Source: Dehalococcoidia bacterium
Lineage (GTDB): Bacteria > Chloroflexota > Dehalococcoidia > Lucifugimonadales > SAR202-VII-2
Assembly (NCBI GenBank): GCA_965263165.1
Contig: OZ253584.1
Coordinates: 1,138,401 to 1,202,400, forward strand
Reading direction: 5' to 3'
Length of the DNA: 64,000 nucleotides
Of the stretch, positions 28,799-38,854 are shown one piece after another. The notes beneath the pieces are model-generated. The model did no database searches, was not told where the DNA came from, and worked only from the letters and a program-made list of their open reading frames with translations. How positions within the stretch are numbered: the stretch's first letter is position 1; every line of letters begins with the position of its first letter. The position numbers were made by a program, and so were the translations under genes.

Positions 28799-29545
28799 CT
28801 ACTGGGCGCCGGCCGGGACACCGGCGCGCGGCAGGGTCAGCAACCGCCCGCAGCCGGTGATGGGGTCGTCTATGCCCGCGAGGGCCAGCGCCCGCCACAA
28901 CGTCGCTGAGTGGGAGGTGATGACCGGCTTGCCGATGGCCTCTTCCAGTGCCTGGGCGGCGGCCATGCCGTCGAAGTTCATGCAGCTAATGAACATACCG
29001 TCAGCTTGGTCATCCCAGGCTTCGAGGCTGAATCGATAGATCTCTTCAGGGGGCACCGCCGTGAACTCCTTGCCGGTGGTGAGCCCCATGCCCCGCATCG
29101 CCACGGCCTCAATACCAGCCTGGGCCATGTAGTCCCGTTCAGGGTCGTGGTGGCTGTCCACGTAGGGGCTTGTGACAACCACCCTGCGAATGCCCAGGTG
29201 TTGCATGGCCTCCACCACCGCCAGCATCGTTGACGTGGCCGGGATGCCCCAGTCTCGCTCGACTTCGCGGCAGAACTCCTGGTCCCCCTCGATACCGCGG
29301 ATTGCGCCGCTGACTGTACAGCAGTAGGCAAGGGCACTGACCCGCGCAGTGGACAACTCTTCGACGCCGCGCATGGCCTGCTTTTCCATCTCCAGCAGAT
29401 GCTCAATGCCGCCGCCCCGGTTCAACATTCGGGTGGCGTGGAACGTGACGCCGAGGGGCGCTGCCTGGCTGAAGCGAGGTTCCGTGATGAGTTGCCCGCT
29501 GTTGACAATCAGCCCGATCCTGGCTCGCCAGTTGAGCCCCTCCAT
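28799..29545 (-). CDS. Maleate isomerase/arylmalonate decarboxylase family (Asp/Glu racemase superfamily)
   Basis: RIGLIV, YCCTVSG, VTSPY, ISCMNF and PVITSHSA; both catalytic Cys positions present. Confidence 0.85.
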   Translation of the reverse strand: MEGLNWRARIGLIVNSGQLITEPRFSQAAPLGVTFHATRMLNRGGGIEHLLEMEKQAMRGVEELSTARVSALAYCCTVSGAIRGIEGDQEFCREVERDWGIPATSTMLAVVEAMQHLGIRRVVVTSPYVDSHHDPERDYMAQAGIEAVAMRGMGLTTGKEFTAVPPEEIYRFSLEAWDDQADGMFISCMNFDGMAAAQALEEAIGKPVITSHSATLWRALALAGIDDPITGCGRLLTLPRAGVPAGAQ

Positions 29546-29724
29546 AACGCACCCCCTGGCTGACCGGCTCAGCCTGCATGCAAGCGTGGACGAGAGGCCA
29601 TCATACTAGGTTCGACGCCTGGGGCTGTCAATCGCCCTGGCGCTCGCCAACGTCTGACACAGCCCGGCTCGCCCCCTCGTTGCCCGGCGGCGAGCCAGCG
29701 CCCTGGGAGACGAGCGGGACATGC

Positions 29725-30666
29725 TCACCCGATCCGCTGCAGGTCCTCGGCGAAACGCTGAATACCGCTCGCGCCAAGACGCGTAGGCTCGTAGCCCAGG
29801 ACCCTGCGGGCCCTGCTGATGTCCAGCGGCTGGGGCCGATGCGGCGTGAAGGCCACCTCCGGCCCCGGCGTCACATCCACCTCGGCGTTGGGGAAGACCT
29901 TGCGCAGCATGGACGCCAGGCCATCGCTATCGGTGACGACGCCAGTGCCGATGTTGAACACGCGAACCTCGCTCAGGGGCCTCTCCAAGGCCAGAGCGAC
30001 GCCCTGGGCGAGGTCTCCCGCGTAGATGAGCTCGTTGCTGCCAAAGACATTGGAGTGGACGCGGACCGGGCCGCCTGCCAGTCCAGCATCGACCAGTTCG
30101 TGGACCACCTGGCCTATGACATCGCCGCCGGCATAGTGCCCCCGCCCGTAGATCTGAGCAAACCGCACCACGGCTGTCTCGAACCCGTAGTGGTTGCCCA
30201 GAGCGTGCAGCAGGCTTTCGCAGGCTACTTTGCTTGCCCGGTAGAGGACGTTGGTGAGGACGGGATAGTCCTCGTCCACCGGTGCCGTGGGACCTAGGGG
30301 CCAGTTGTAGACGCCATAAGTGCTGGCGAAGACCATGCGCTGTGCCCCGCTAAGCCGGACGGCCTCGGCTATGGCCATGAGGCCGCCGACGTTCACGTTC
30401 AGGCCGTTGTGCGGTGATGCGGACAGGCGGTCGCCGATGAGGTATGCGGAGTGAAACACGGCGTCGATCTGCCGATCTTGGAAGGTTTCAACCAGGAAGG
30501 GCAGGTCGGTCACATTCCCCCGCACCACGGCCACATCACCGGCCACGGCGCGTATGTAGTCCGCCTTTGGCGCGATGTCGTACAGGGTGACCTGATGCCC
30601 CCTGGCCGTGGCCTCGCGAGCCGTGTAGCACCCGGCCAATCCCGCTCCGGTAATCAGGATGTTCAT
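29725..30666 (-). CDS. NAD-dependent epimerase/dehydratase (extended SDR)
   Basis: MNILITGAGLAG, ASTYGVY and YRASK motifs. Confidence 0.88.
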   Translation of the reverse strand: MNILITGAGLAGCYTAREATARGHQVTLYDIAPKADYIRAVAGDVAVVRGNVTDLPFLVETFQDRQIDAVFHSAYLIGDRLSASPHNGLNVNVGGLMAIAEAVRLSGAQRMVFASTYGVYNWPLGPTAPVDEDYPVLTNVLYRASKVACESLLHALGNHYGFETAVVRFAQIYGRGHYAGGDVIGQVVHELVDAGLAGGPVRVHSNVFGSNELIYAGDLAQGVALALERPLSEVRVFNIGTGVVTDSDGLASMLRKVFPNAEVDVTPGPEVAFTPHRPQPLDISRARRVLGYEPTRLGASGIQRFAEDLQRIG

Positions 30667-30751
30667 GGTTCCCCCTGAAGTTGACAGCCTTCCAAGGTTA
30701 GCATACCTTCCGCCTAGGGCACGGGAATCAGGCTGACGGGGGTGGGGTTTT

Positions 30752-32395
30752 ATGTACGACCTTCTCATTCGGAACGGGCGCATTGTCGACGGCACGGGTA
30801 AGGCGGGCTACCACGGCGCCATCGCCATTGAGGGCGGCGTGGTCGTGGGGGTGGGCGATGTCTCGGGACAGGCTCGCCGGACTATAGACGCGGAAGGAAG
30901 GGTCATCTCCCCAGGCTTCATCGACCCCCATACCCACATGGACCTCTTCCTAAAGTTCTATCCCGATGGCCTGCCGGTCCTCAACTACGGCGTCACCACG
31001 GTCGTCATCGGCGACTGTGGCGCTTCCTGCGCTCCCGTTCCAGCCAGGGGCGAGCCTCTCGACGCGCTCGTGAAATACCTCAAGCGCGTCCTCGACAACT
31101 ACATCGAGCCGGACACATTCGAATGGAGCACCTTCCCAGAGTATCTGGCCAACCTCGAAGGGAACGTGGGCGTCAACGTTGCCGCCTTGGCCCCTCACTC
31201 GCCGATACGGTTGACGGTTATGGGGACCGCCGCCATGGAGCGCGCCGCGGAAGCTGACGAGGTGCAGCTCATGGTCAACCTTGTGGCGGAGGCCTGGGAT
31301 GCCGGGGCTATTGGCTTCTCCTCCAGCCCGCCGGGAGGACCGGCTCTACATCGGGACACCCCCAGCACGTTGGCGGAGCTTTCGGAGACTGTCGCCCTGG
31401 CTGAGACGGTTGTGCGCAACGGCGGCCTTTACCAGAACAATGGCTCCACCCAACTCACCAACCCCGATTCGGACGTCTACGCCATGGCCCATGCCGTGAG
31501 AGGCGCTCACATCATCAACGAGTGGCGGCACTTCCCCGAAGGGTTGGAGGCCGCCAGGGCCCTTGGCGACGCCATGGAGCGCCTTACCCAGGAGGGCAGC
31601 AGATCCTACGGCGTCGTTATTCCCTACACGCACATCACCAGGTGTGGGGCCTTGGACTTCTTGCCCTTCAACCACCTGGAAGAATGGAAGGAGCTTTCGA
31701 AGGAGCCGGGCCCGTTCGCGGAAGCCCTGCGGAACCCCGACGTGCGCGCCAGGCTTCGCGCCGCAGGCGAGGGCCATTGGCAAACCAGGCGCTGGGACTC
31801 CATCGTCATTAGGGACGCGGGCGACCCCGGGGACAAGCGATGGATCAGGCATAGCATCGAGCAGGCCGCCGCTGCATCGGAGCAGGATCCAATCCAGTTC
31901 GCCCTGGACTTCCTGGCCCGGAACGTCGAGTCGGCGCGCTTCGTCTTCTGGGGATTCAGGGGTAACGACAATCTCGACGCTTTGGCCGAAGCCATCGCCA
32001 GCCCGCGATCTGTCATTGGCACCGACGCCGGGGCTCATCTGGGCAACTTCTTCTTCTATGGCGCTCCGGCCCGCCTCCTAGGCTACTGGAGCCGGGAGCG
32101 GGGGCTCATGTCAATGGAAGCGGCTGTCCATAAGCTCACGGGGTTTAACGCCGGCGTCCTGGGCACGAAGCGGGGAATTCTGGAACCCGGCCGGCCAGCC
32201 GATGTGGTCGTCTTCGATCCAGACACTATCCACGACGGCTTTGACGAGGTCCTGCCCCCGGACTGGATCGACGACGCCGAAGTGCACCGTCAGCCAACGG
32301 GCGTGGATGTCGTGGTGGTCAATGGCGAGGTGAAACTGGACCACGGTGAGGTTCAGGAACAGAGAACCGGCAAGGTCCGGCGCTGGGAGCTCTGA
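30752..32395 (+). CDS. N-acyl-D-amino-acid deacylase family amidohydrolase
   Basis: IRNGRIVDGTG, PGFIDPHTH, GVTTVVIGDCG, TDAGAH and GRPADVVVFDP motifs. Confidence 0.88.
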   Translation: MYDLLIRNGRIVDGTGKAGYHGAIAIEGGVVVGVGDVSGQARRTIDAEGRVISPGFIDPHTHMDLFLKFYPDGLPVLNYGVTTVVIGDCGASCAPVPARGEPLDALVKYLKRVLDNYIEPDTFEWSTFPEYLANLEGNVGVNVAALAPHSPIRLTVMGTAAMERAAEADEVQLMVNLVAEAWDAGAIGFSSSPPGGPALHRDTPSTLAELSETVALAETVVRNGGLYQNNGSTQLTNPDSDVYAMAHAVRGAHIINEWRHFPEGLEAARALGDAMERLTQEGSRSYGVVIPYTHITRCGALDFLPFNHLEEWKELSKEPGPFAEALRNPDVRARLRAAGEGHWQTRRWDSIVIRDAGDPGDKRWIRHSIEQAAAASEQDPIQFALDFLARNVESARFVFWGFRGNDNLDALAEAIASPRSVIGTDAGAHLGNFFFYGAPARLLGYWSRERGLMSMEAAVHKLTGFNAGVLGTKRGILEPGRPADVVVFDPDTIHDGFDEVLPPDWIDDAEVHRQPTGVDVVVVNGEVKLDHGEVQEQRTGKVRRWEL

Positions 32396-32551
32396 GCCTT
32401 TGATCCGTTCGGCGCGGCCTTGGCAACCGGCGCGATTAACATTGAATGACGGCGTGGGTCTGAGCCGCCAACCTGCCGTGGACGTTGCGGCCCCTCCAGC
32501 CCACACGGGGTGGGCGCGTCCGAAGTGGAAGCAAGCGGAGGGGGCGAGGCT

Positions 32552-32920
32552 TTAGGCCGCTACTTGTTCGCGGGCCTCTCTTGCTGAGGAGGCAATGGCG
32601 GCGAATCCGTCCGGGTCGCGTACGGCTATGTCTGCCAACACCTTTCGGTCGAGTCCAACGCCTGACTTGTTCAGCCCATCAATCAACTGGCTGTAGTTGA
32701 GGCCGTTCAGCCTGGCGGCGGCGTTGATGCGCAAGATCCACAGTCGCCGGAAGTCGCCCTTGCGTTGCCGGCGGTGCCGGTAGGCGTGGCTGAGGGCCTT
32801 GATGAGCGATTCGCGAGCCACCTTATAGCGAGTGTGCCTCGCGGCACGGTGGCCCTTCGTCATGGATAGGACCTTATGGCGCCGGTGGCGCTTGGTGACC
32901 CCTCGCTTTACTCGTGCCAT
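32552..32920 (-). CDS. rplT: 50S ribosomal protein L20
   Basis: MARVKRG...KGDFRRLWILRINAAAR. Confidence 0.98.
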   Translation of the reverse strand: MARVKRGVTKRHRRHKVLSMTKGHRAARHTRYKVARESLIKALSHAYRHRRQRKGDFRRLWILRINAAARLNGLNYSQLIDGLNKSGVGLDRKVLADIAVRDPDGFAAIASSAREAREQVAA

Positions 32921-32932
32921 CGGTCGATGCTC

Positions 32933-33139
32933 CTATTGTGCGTAGGGCATGAGGCGGTCCAGGTTGCGCGTGTGGGAACCATGGACCGGCAGCTTGCCGT
33001 CGTAGAGTCGCCGCACTCCGGCGGGCTTCTTCCTTCGCAGGTGGCTCAGGTGGCCCTTGCGGCGCGTGTACTTCCCTGAGCCGGTAACGCCAAAGCGCTT
33101 GTAGGCGCCCCGGTGGGTCTTGAGCTTTTGCTTTGCCAT
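32933..33139 (-). CDS. rpmI: 50S ribosomal protein L35
   Basis: KLKTHRGAYKRFGVTGSGK. Confidence 0.97.
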   Translation of the reverse strand: MAKQKLKTHRGAYKRFGVTGSGKYTRRKGHLSHLRRKKPAGVRRLYDGKLPVHGSHTRNLDRLMPYAQ

Positions 33140-33170
33140 CGTTGCTCTCCGCTAACGCGAGGAGGGGCCT

Positions 33171-33734
33171 TTAGGCCTCGTGTCCCTCGTTGTCTTCGCC
33201 GTCAGTCTTCAGAACGGCCTCTCTCAGCCCCACCGGGGCCAGGATAATGCTGAGGAATCGCCCTTCCAGGGACGGGGCTTTTTCCAGCTTGGACTCTTCC
33301 TTGAGGCTCTCCGCGATCCTTCTGAGCAGCGTAGTCCCGAGCTCAGGGTGCGTGATCTCTCTGCCCCGGAACATGACGGAAACCTTGACTTTGCTGCCCT
33401 CGGCCAAGAGCTTTCTGACCTGCCTGGCCTTGGCGCCGATGTCGTGGTCGCCTATGCGCGGGCGGAAGCGCACCTCCCGCATGAGGCCGGTGCGTTGCCC
33501 CTTGCGCGTTTCCCGCTGCTTCTTCGTCTGCATGAACCGGAACTTCCCATAGTCCAGCAGACGGCATACCGGGGGAACGGCCTGAGGAGCAACCTCCACC
33601 AAGTCGAGATCCGAACCCCGTGCCCGCTCCAAAGCCTCGGCCAGAGTCATAGTGCCAAGCTGGGTGCCAGTCTCGTCTATGACCAAGACCTGCCGAGCTC
33701 GGATGGCTTCATTGACGCGGTATTCCCTGGCTAT
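33171..33734 (-). CDS. infC: Translation initiation factor IF-3 with non-canonical ATA start
   Basis: GAGGGG SD then ATA GCC AGG GAA TAC CGC GTC AAT GAA (IAREYRVNEAIR); DLVEVAP and FRGRE motifs. Confidence 0.95.
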   Translation of the reverse strand: MAREYRVNEAIRARQVLVIDETGTQLGTMTLAEALERARGSDLDLVEVAPQAVPPVCRLLDYGKFRFMQTKKQRETRKGQRTGLMREVRFRPRIGDHDIGAKARQVRKLLAEGSKVKVSVMFRGREITHPELGTTLLRRIAESLKEESKLEKAPSLEGRFLSIILAPVGLREAVLKTDGEDNEGHEA

Positions 33735-33807
33735 GTTGTTTGCCCCTCGCTCACGTTTTGATTCCAGTCAGCGACCCATGAACTATAGCACAGCAACCAG
33801 GGGCAGT

Positions 33808-35559
33808 CTAGGCGCGATTGGCCACCGTCTGGAGGGCCAAGTCCGAGATGGCGGAGACGCTCATTGGCCCGAGGTCTTCCCCGCTGCGCAGGCGCACCGA
33901 CGCTTGGCCGTTGGATGCTTCCTTGTCCCCTACGACCAACATGTAGGGAATCTTCTGCAACTGCGCGTCCCTGATCTTGGCGTTCATGCGCTCGCTGCGT
34001 TCATTGATCTCGACCCGCAACCCTGCCGCCCGGAGTTGGGTGGCCACGGAGGAGGCATACTCGTTGTGGCGATCGGCAATGGGGATGACGATTGCCTGCA
34101 CCGGCGCCAGCCAAAGAGGAAACGCTCCGCCATAGTGCTCCACCAGCACCCCAATGAAGCGCTCCAGAGAGCCGAAGAGCGCCCGGTGCACCATGTACGG
34201 CTGCTGCTCGGCGCCATCGGCGCCGATGAACTTCAGGTCGAACCGCTGGGGCAGGTTGAAGTCGAACTGGACTGTCGTGCACTGCCAGGCCCGCCCGATG
34301 GCGTCGCGGATCATCACGTCGATCTTGGGTCCGTAGAAGGCGCCGCCTCCTTCATCGACGGTGTAGGGAAGGGAGCGTCCTTCGATGGCCTGTCTCAGGG
34401 CGTTTGTCGCCGCGTCCCACATCGAGTCGTCGCCCACGGCCTTCTCCGGCCTCGTGGACAGAGCGACATCGAATTCAGTGAAGCCGAAAGCGCCCAACAG
34501 GTCGAAGGTGAACGCCAGCACTCCGTCAACTTCCGCGTTGACCTGGTCGGGCCGGCAGAAGATATGGGCGTCGTCCTGAGTGAAGCCTCGCACCCGCAAC
34601 AGGCCGTGGAGGACACCGCCCCGCTCGTTTCGATAGACCGTGCCCAACTCACCAATCCGCATCGGTAGGTCCCGATAGCTCCGCAGGCCGGACTTGTAGA
34701 TCATGATGTGGAAGGGGCAGTTCATAGGCTTCAGGTAGTAGTCCTGGCCCGCGACGTCCATTGGCGCGTACATGTTCTCCGAGAAGAAGCTGAGGTGACC
34801 GCTGGTCGCCCACAGGGCCGACCTGCCGATGTGGGGCGTGTATACGAGGTCATAGCCCCGCCTGTAGTGCTCCTGACGCCAGTGGTCTTCGATGAGCGAG
34901 CGGACGCGCCCCCCCTTGGGATGCCACAAGATCAGCCCTGCCCCGGTCTCGTCGTGGACGCTGAACAGGTCCAACTCCCGCCCCAGGCGTCGATGGTCGC
35001 GGCGCAGGGCCTCCTCCCGGCGGTGGACGTAGTCTTCCAGGGCGTCGGCGGACTCCCAGGCCGTGCCGTAGATGCGCTGGAGCATGGGCCGGCGCTCGTC
35101 GCCCCGCCAATAGGCGCCGGCGACGTTCAGTAGCTTGAAGGCGGGAATACGCCCGGTTGATTCGACGTGAGGCCCTTCGCAGAGGTCCTCCCAATCGCCG
35201 TGCCGGTAGAAGCTGACCTCTTCATCGGGAGGTATGTCCTCGAGCACCTCCTGCTTGAAGGGCTGGCTGCCTATGCGGGCCCCGGCCGCCTCTCTGTCGG
35301 CGACCATACGCTGAAAGGGCTTGTCGGCGCCCATGATCTCCCGCATCCTGGCCTCGATGGCCTCCAGGTCCTCCGGAGCGAAGGGGTGGGCGACCTCAAA
35401 ATCGTAGTAGAAGCCGTCCTCGATGGGAGGCCCTATGCCCAGCTTGGCCTCGGGGAAGAGCTGCTGGACCGCATCGGCCATGATGTGGGCCGCCGAATGA
35501 CGAATGCGGTAGCGAAGAGCGTCGATGTCTAGGGCTTCTTCGGTCTTGGGTGCGGACAA
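33808..35559 (-). CDS. thrS: Threonyl-tRNA synthetase (no N-terminal TGS domain)
   Basis: RHSAAH, DLCEGPH, RDHRRLG, KPMNCP, RVRGFTQDDAH and FYGPKID motifs; TTG start. Confidence 0.98.
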   Translation of the reverse strand: MSAPKTEEALDIDALRYRIRHSAAHIMADAVQQLFPEAKLGIGPPIEDGFYYDFEVAHPFAPEDLEAIEARMREIMGADKPFQRMVADREAAGARIGSQPFKQEVLEDIPPDEEVSFYRHGDWEDLCEGPHVESTGRIPAFKLLNVAGAYWRGDERRPMLQRIYGTAWESADALEDYVHRREEALRRDHRRLGRELDLFSVHDETGAGLILWHPKGGRVRSLIEDHWRQEHYRRGYDLVYTPHIGRSALWATSGHLSFFSENMYAPMDVAGQDYYLKPMNCPFHIMIYKSGLRSYRDLPMRIGELGTVYRNERGGVLHGLLRVRGFTQDDAHIFCRPDQVNAEVDGVLAFTFDLLGAFGFTEFDVALSTRPEKAVGDDSMWDAATNALRQAIEGRSLPYTVDEGGGAFYGPKIDVMIRDAIGRAWQCTTVQFDFNLPQRFDLKFIGADGAEQQPYMVHRALFGSLERFIGVLVEHYGGAFPLWLAPVQAIVIPIADRHNEYASSVATQLRAAGLRVEINERSERMNAKIRDAQLQKIPYMLVVGDKEASNGQASVRLRSGEDLGPMSVSAISDLALQTVANRA

Positions 35560-35887
35560 AGCTGGCCATCCTCGTAGTGATGCGCTCGACGCGCCTACCT
35601 ATGGGACATGCTAGCAACGGGAATGAGGCCACGCAAGGGAAGGGGAGACCGGCGGGGTTCGCGGCTGGCAATGCAGGGGACGCTTGCGATTTCATCGAAA
35701 AGCAAACGGCGGAGTGCTACAGTGCGAGCGTTCTCTATGCAAACGCCGTTGAGCATCGGGGAACTATTGGAGCTGTCGAAGGCAACGATGACCAGAGCAG
35801 CGAGGCTCAGCGCGTGAGATTGGAGGTCGGACTGCGATGGCCCGGTCACCCCCGCCCTCGCTGGGAGAGGATTGAGGCAGAGCTTTA

Positions 35888-37402
35888 TCAGCCCGCCAGG
35901 TCGCGGGCGTTGACGATGGCTCTGAGCTTGGCCACTGCAGTCTGGGGGGATGCGACAGGAATGACTGCGAAGGTTGCAAATCCGCAGTCCGGAGTGAGCA
36001 GGACTCGGTCTGCTCCGAAGAGGTCGATGGCGCGGGTTATTCGCCGGCGAATGTCCGCAACGCCCTCCACGAGATCGAGTTTCTGGTTGACCACGCCAAC
36101 CCCGACGCGTTTGTCGCTGGGCAGACTGCGCAGCACCTCCAACTCCCCGGCGCGCGGGGTGCATAGTTCGAGGAGCAGAACGCCTACGTCGACTTGACGA
36201 AAGGTATCCAGAAGGGGCCGGTAATCGCCGGCAAGAGCGGCTGACTCGTTCCGGGTCCAGTTGCCCCGGCAGACGTGCAGTCCCAAGCGTTCCGCCGGGA
36301 GGCCTCGGACGACCTCGTTGAGCAACTCCACGGCAAAATCAAGCTCCGGCGCCGGTTCCAGCTTCTCGCTCAGGGCGCCGCACGTGAACGTGCGGTTTCC
36401 GCTGGCGCCACCGAACACCACCTCGGTGAGGACCGGCTCATCGAACTGCACCAAGGCAGCCCCCGACGCGAGGAGGAAGTGCAACTCCTCCCGCAGCACC
36501 CGCACAACATCTTGGGCCAGCGCTTCGCGGGTCGGGTACGGAAGGTCTGTGAGGCAGTCGAGCCACATCGTGCGCGTCAGTAGGTAGGGTCCGGGTAACG
36601 CCACCTTGACTGGCTTATCCGTACAGGCCCGGGAGAACTCGAACTCGTGGACCGCCAGGGGCTGGCTCCTCCCCAGGCTGCCGTGGACTACTGGGTGCCG
36701 CACTTCCCCTGCCGGGACATCCAGGGCGCGGAGTTCCCTCTCGAACTTCTCAGGGTCATCCACCATCGCCGTCAAATCGCTCAGTGGAATGAGTTGACAG
36801 TTGTCCAGCAAGCCGCCCACAAAGCTGGCGTAGCTGTCGCGGCGCTGTTCCCCGTCGGTGATCACGTCGACGCCGGCGCGGAGTTGAGCGGCGATGGAAA
36901 GCCTGGCGCCGTCGTCTGCCGTGGCTTGAAACTCCGTATCCCCGAGCCTGCCTTCCAGCCGGTCGTGCATTGCCTGGAGCAACCAACGCGGCCTTGGCCA
37001 ACTGCCGATGCCCATCACCGACAGCGGCTCGATCCTGGGCGCGGGCGCGGGCGGGGATAGGGTGGCGGGAATGGATACCGCGACGCTGCGCTGTTTGCCG
37101 ACGGAGCGCGCGGCTGCGACGCCCGGCGTCTGGCGGCGTTCGGCCAGTGAACCTTTACAAATGAGGTAGCTGCGCTGTATGCCGGACTTTGTCCAGGAGA
37201 CCAACTCGTTCTTGGTCAACCGGCACCAGGCGGGCAGTTCAACTTCGACCGTGGGGTCGGTGGACAGGATTTCCAGAAGTCCACCCCGTTCCAGAGGGTC
37301 GATGTGCCGGCGGATCAGGAGTAGCAGCCCACCCCCGCAATCCAAATCGCCGCCGTCGAAGCTAACGTCTGGCTGGTGCTGGCGCCGTTGGATGGGGTCC
37401 AT
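35888..37402 (-). CDS. TusA-like domain fused to a cobalamin-independent methionine synthase (MetE C-half)-like Zn enzyme
   Basis: N-terminal DGGDLDCGGGLL...LPAWCRLT; C-terminal GIGSWPRP, TDGEQRR, FDEP, HVCRGN and PDCGF (Zn ligands His-x-Cys, Cys). Confidence 0.85.
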   Translation of the reverse strand: MDPIQRRQHQPDVSFDGGDLDCGGGLLLLIRRHIDPLERGGLLEILSTDPTVEVELPAWCRLTKNELVSWTKSGIQRSYLICKGSLAERRQTPGVAAARSVGKQRSVAVSIPATLSPPAPAPRIEPLSVMGIGSWPRPRWLLQAMHDRLEGRLGDTEFQATADDGARLSIAAQLRAGVDVITDGEQRRDSYASFVGGLLDNCQLIPLSDLTAMVDDPEKFERELRALDVPAGEVRHPVVHGSLGRSQPLAVHEFEFSRACTDKPVKVALPGPYLLTRTMWLDCLTDLPYPTREALAQDVVRVLREELHFLLASGAALVQFDEPVLTEVVFGGASGNRTFTCGALSEKLEPAPELDFAVELLNEVVRGLPAERLGLHVCRGNWTRNESAALAGDYRPLLDTFRQVDVGVLLLELCTPRAGELEVLRSLPSDKRVGVGVVNQKLDLVEGVADIRRRITRAIDLFGADRVLLTPDCGFATFAVIPVASPQTAVAKLRAIVNARDLAG

Positions 37403-37442
37403 CAGGAGTCTCTCGGACCTACGGTGTGGGCGGGAGCACCAG

Positions 37443-37805
37443 TTAAAAGCTAATTGAAGGGCTGTTGTCCGACAGGAACTCCACCAGCACAGCGCCGCCG
37501 ACGATTCGGGCCCCATCCACCAAGTTGTCGGGGTCCAGACCGCGTTTCTTGAAGCAAGGGGCGCACACGTAGATGGTCCCGCCGACGGACGCAAAGTTGT
37601 CCATGAGTTCCTTGAGGGGGAGGAATCCCTCCTCGTGGATAGCATCGGCGTAACCCTTTTGGGCGAGCTGGACCCCCTCAGTGCTGAGGAAGACCATGGC
37701 GTCCTTCTCCGAGCCAAGCGCGGCGTTGGCTATAACGAAAGCGACCGTTGCTTTGTCGGTATTGTCCTTGGCGCAGGTGAGGTTAACACAGAATTTACCA
37801 GACAC
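37443..37805 (-). CDS. DsrE/DsrF-like protein
   Basis: VFLSTEGV...GGTIYVCAPCFKKRGL...GARIVG. Confidence 0.85.
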   Translation of the reverse strand: MSGKFCVNLTCAKDNTDKATVAFVIANAALGSEKDAMVFLSTEGVQLAQKGYADAIHEEGFLPLKELMDNFASVGGTIYVCAPCFKKRGLDPDNLVDGARIVGGAVLVEFLSDNSPSISF

Positions 37806-37835
37806 AATGCACTACTCCGTCTGAAGTGATGGGGA

Positions 37836-38051
37836 CTATTTCTGCTCGATCCAATAGTTCGGGTGTTCCGCCCGGAGTAACCGGCGGCCGGTCAAACGGC
37901 ACCACGCTGGCAGGTCGACGGGGGCCCCCATGTCCTGGGAAGTCAGCTTGAGGACCTGACCGGCTTCCAGTTTTTGCATCCGAATCCGAAGCAGGATGAT
38001 GACCTCGCCGCAACCCATATGACCCGCGTCCCACTGGTCAGCGACATGCAT
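37836..38051 (-). CDS. TusA/SirA-family sulfur carrier
   Basis: WDAGHMGCGE...LEAGQVLKLTSQDMGAPVDLPAWCRLTG; start uncertain (ORF track 38180). Confidence 0.8.
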   Translation of the reverse strand: MHVADQWDAGHMGCGEVIILLRIRMQKLEAGQVLKLTSQDMGAPVDLPAWCRLTGRRLLRAEHPNYWIEQK

Positions 38052-38854
38052 TTCCTCGCGTGGGTCTTCCGGGCCGGCGCCGTCTCCGAACCCCCGATCG
38101 TTCAATGCAGTGGTGCTCCGGGCTATTCGCTCCACAGGGAGCTTCCCGAGCGGCCTGTGGCGGATGTCAAAGTATAGCAAACAGGCGAACAGTCAATCAA
38201 CGACGCGTTTTCGTCGAGGCGTGTTCGTTCAGATACCTGTGAGACAGGCAGGGCGATGGGGGCCTGCCGCCAGCCAGGGACTTGACCCATGACGGCGGCG
38301 CCAAGACCACCTCGAGGGAGTAGTCAGACGCCCAGGCGAAACCGGCGAGGCCAATCCGCTGCGCCAAGTGCGGCAGGCTGGAGTTGTTGGCCTTGCAGCC
38401 AGTGAGCACCTGCCCCCGGCACATGTATTCGGACGGCGGCCGCTGTGTGCGCCGCTTCCAACGAAGAACTTCTTAGTGCGTCCCATGCGGTCCAGCAGCG
38501 TCACGACCTATGCGGCGCTTAGAAGTTGGGGAACCGGTCCAACACGCCTCGCCCCACCAGAGACGCCAGGGCAATCATAAGCGGGATGGTATGACCCCGC
38601 CCGGCGACCGCTGTGAAGAGGGGACGATCCGATACTGTGCGTTTACTATACGTTGCCTGGAGCATATCCTCTCTGGAGGGATGTCAGCCGGCCGCCGCAA
38701 GTCAGGCGATTTCGTTAGCGCGAAAACAACATTTCACAGTGGGGATGCCTTATTCGGAAACCTTCGCCCCGACCGCAGAGAAGCGATCCGCGTTTGACGC
38801 TGCCCACGAAAGCCAGTTGGAAGAGATTGTCAACTAGATTGTGGCGCATCCCAG

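Noticed and set aside
35560-35887. Possible T-box upstream of thrS
   Set aside because: No GGTGGNACC bulge or terminator recognised on the minus strand
38197-38837. Short ORFs upstream of tusA and ygjP (possible hsdR remnant)
   Set aside because: No family motif recognised; cannot support a call by eye
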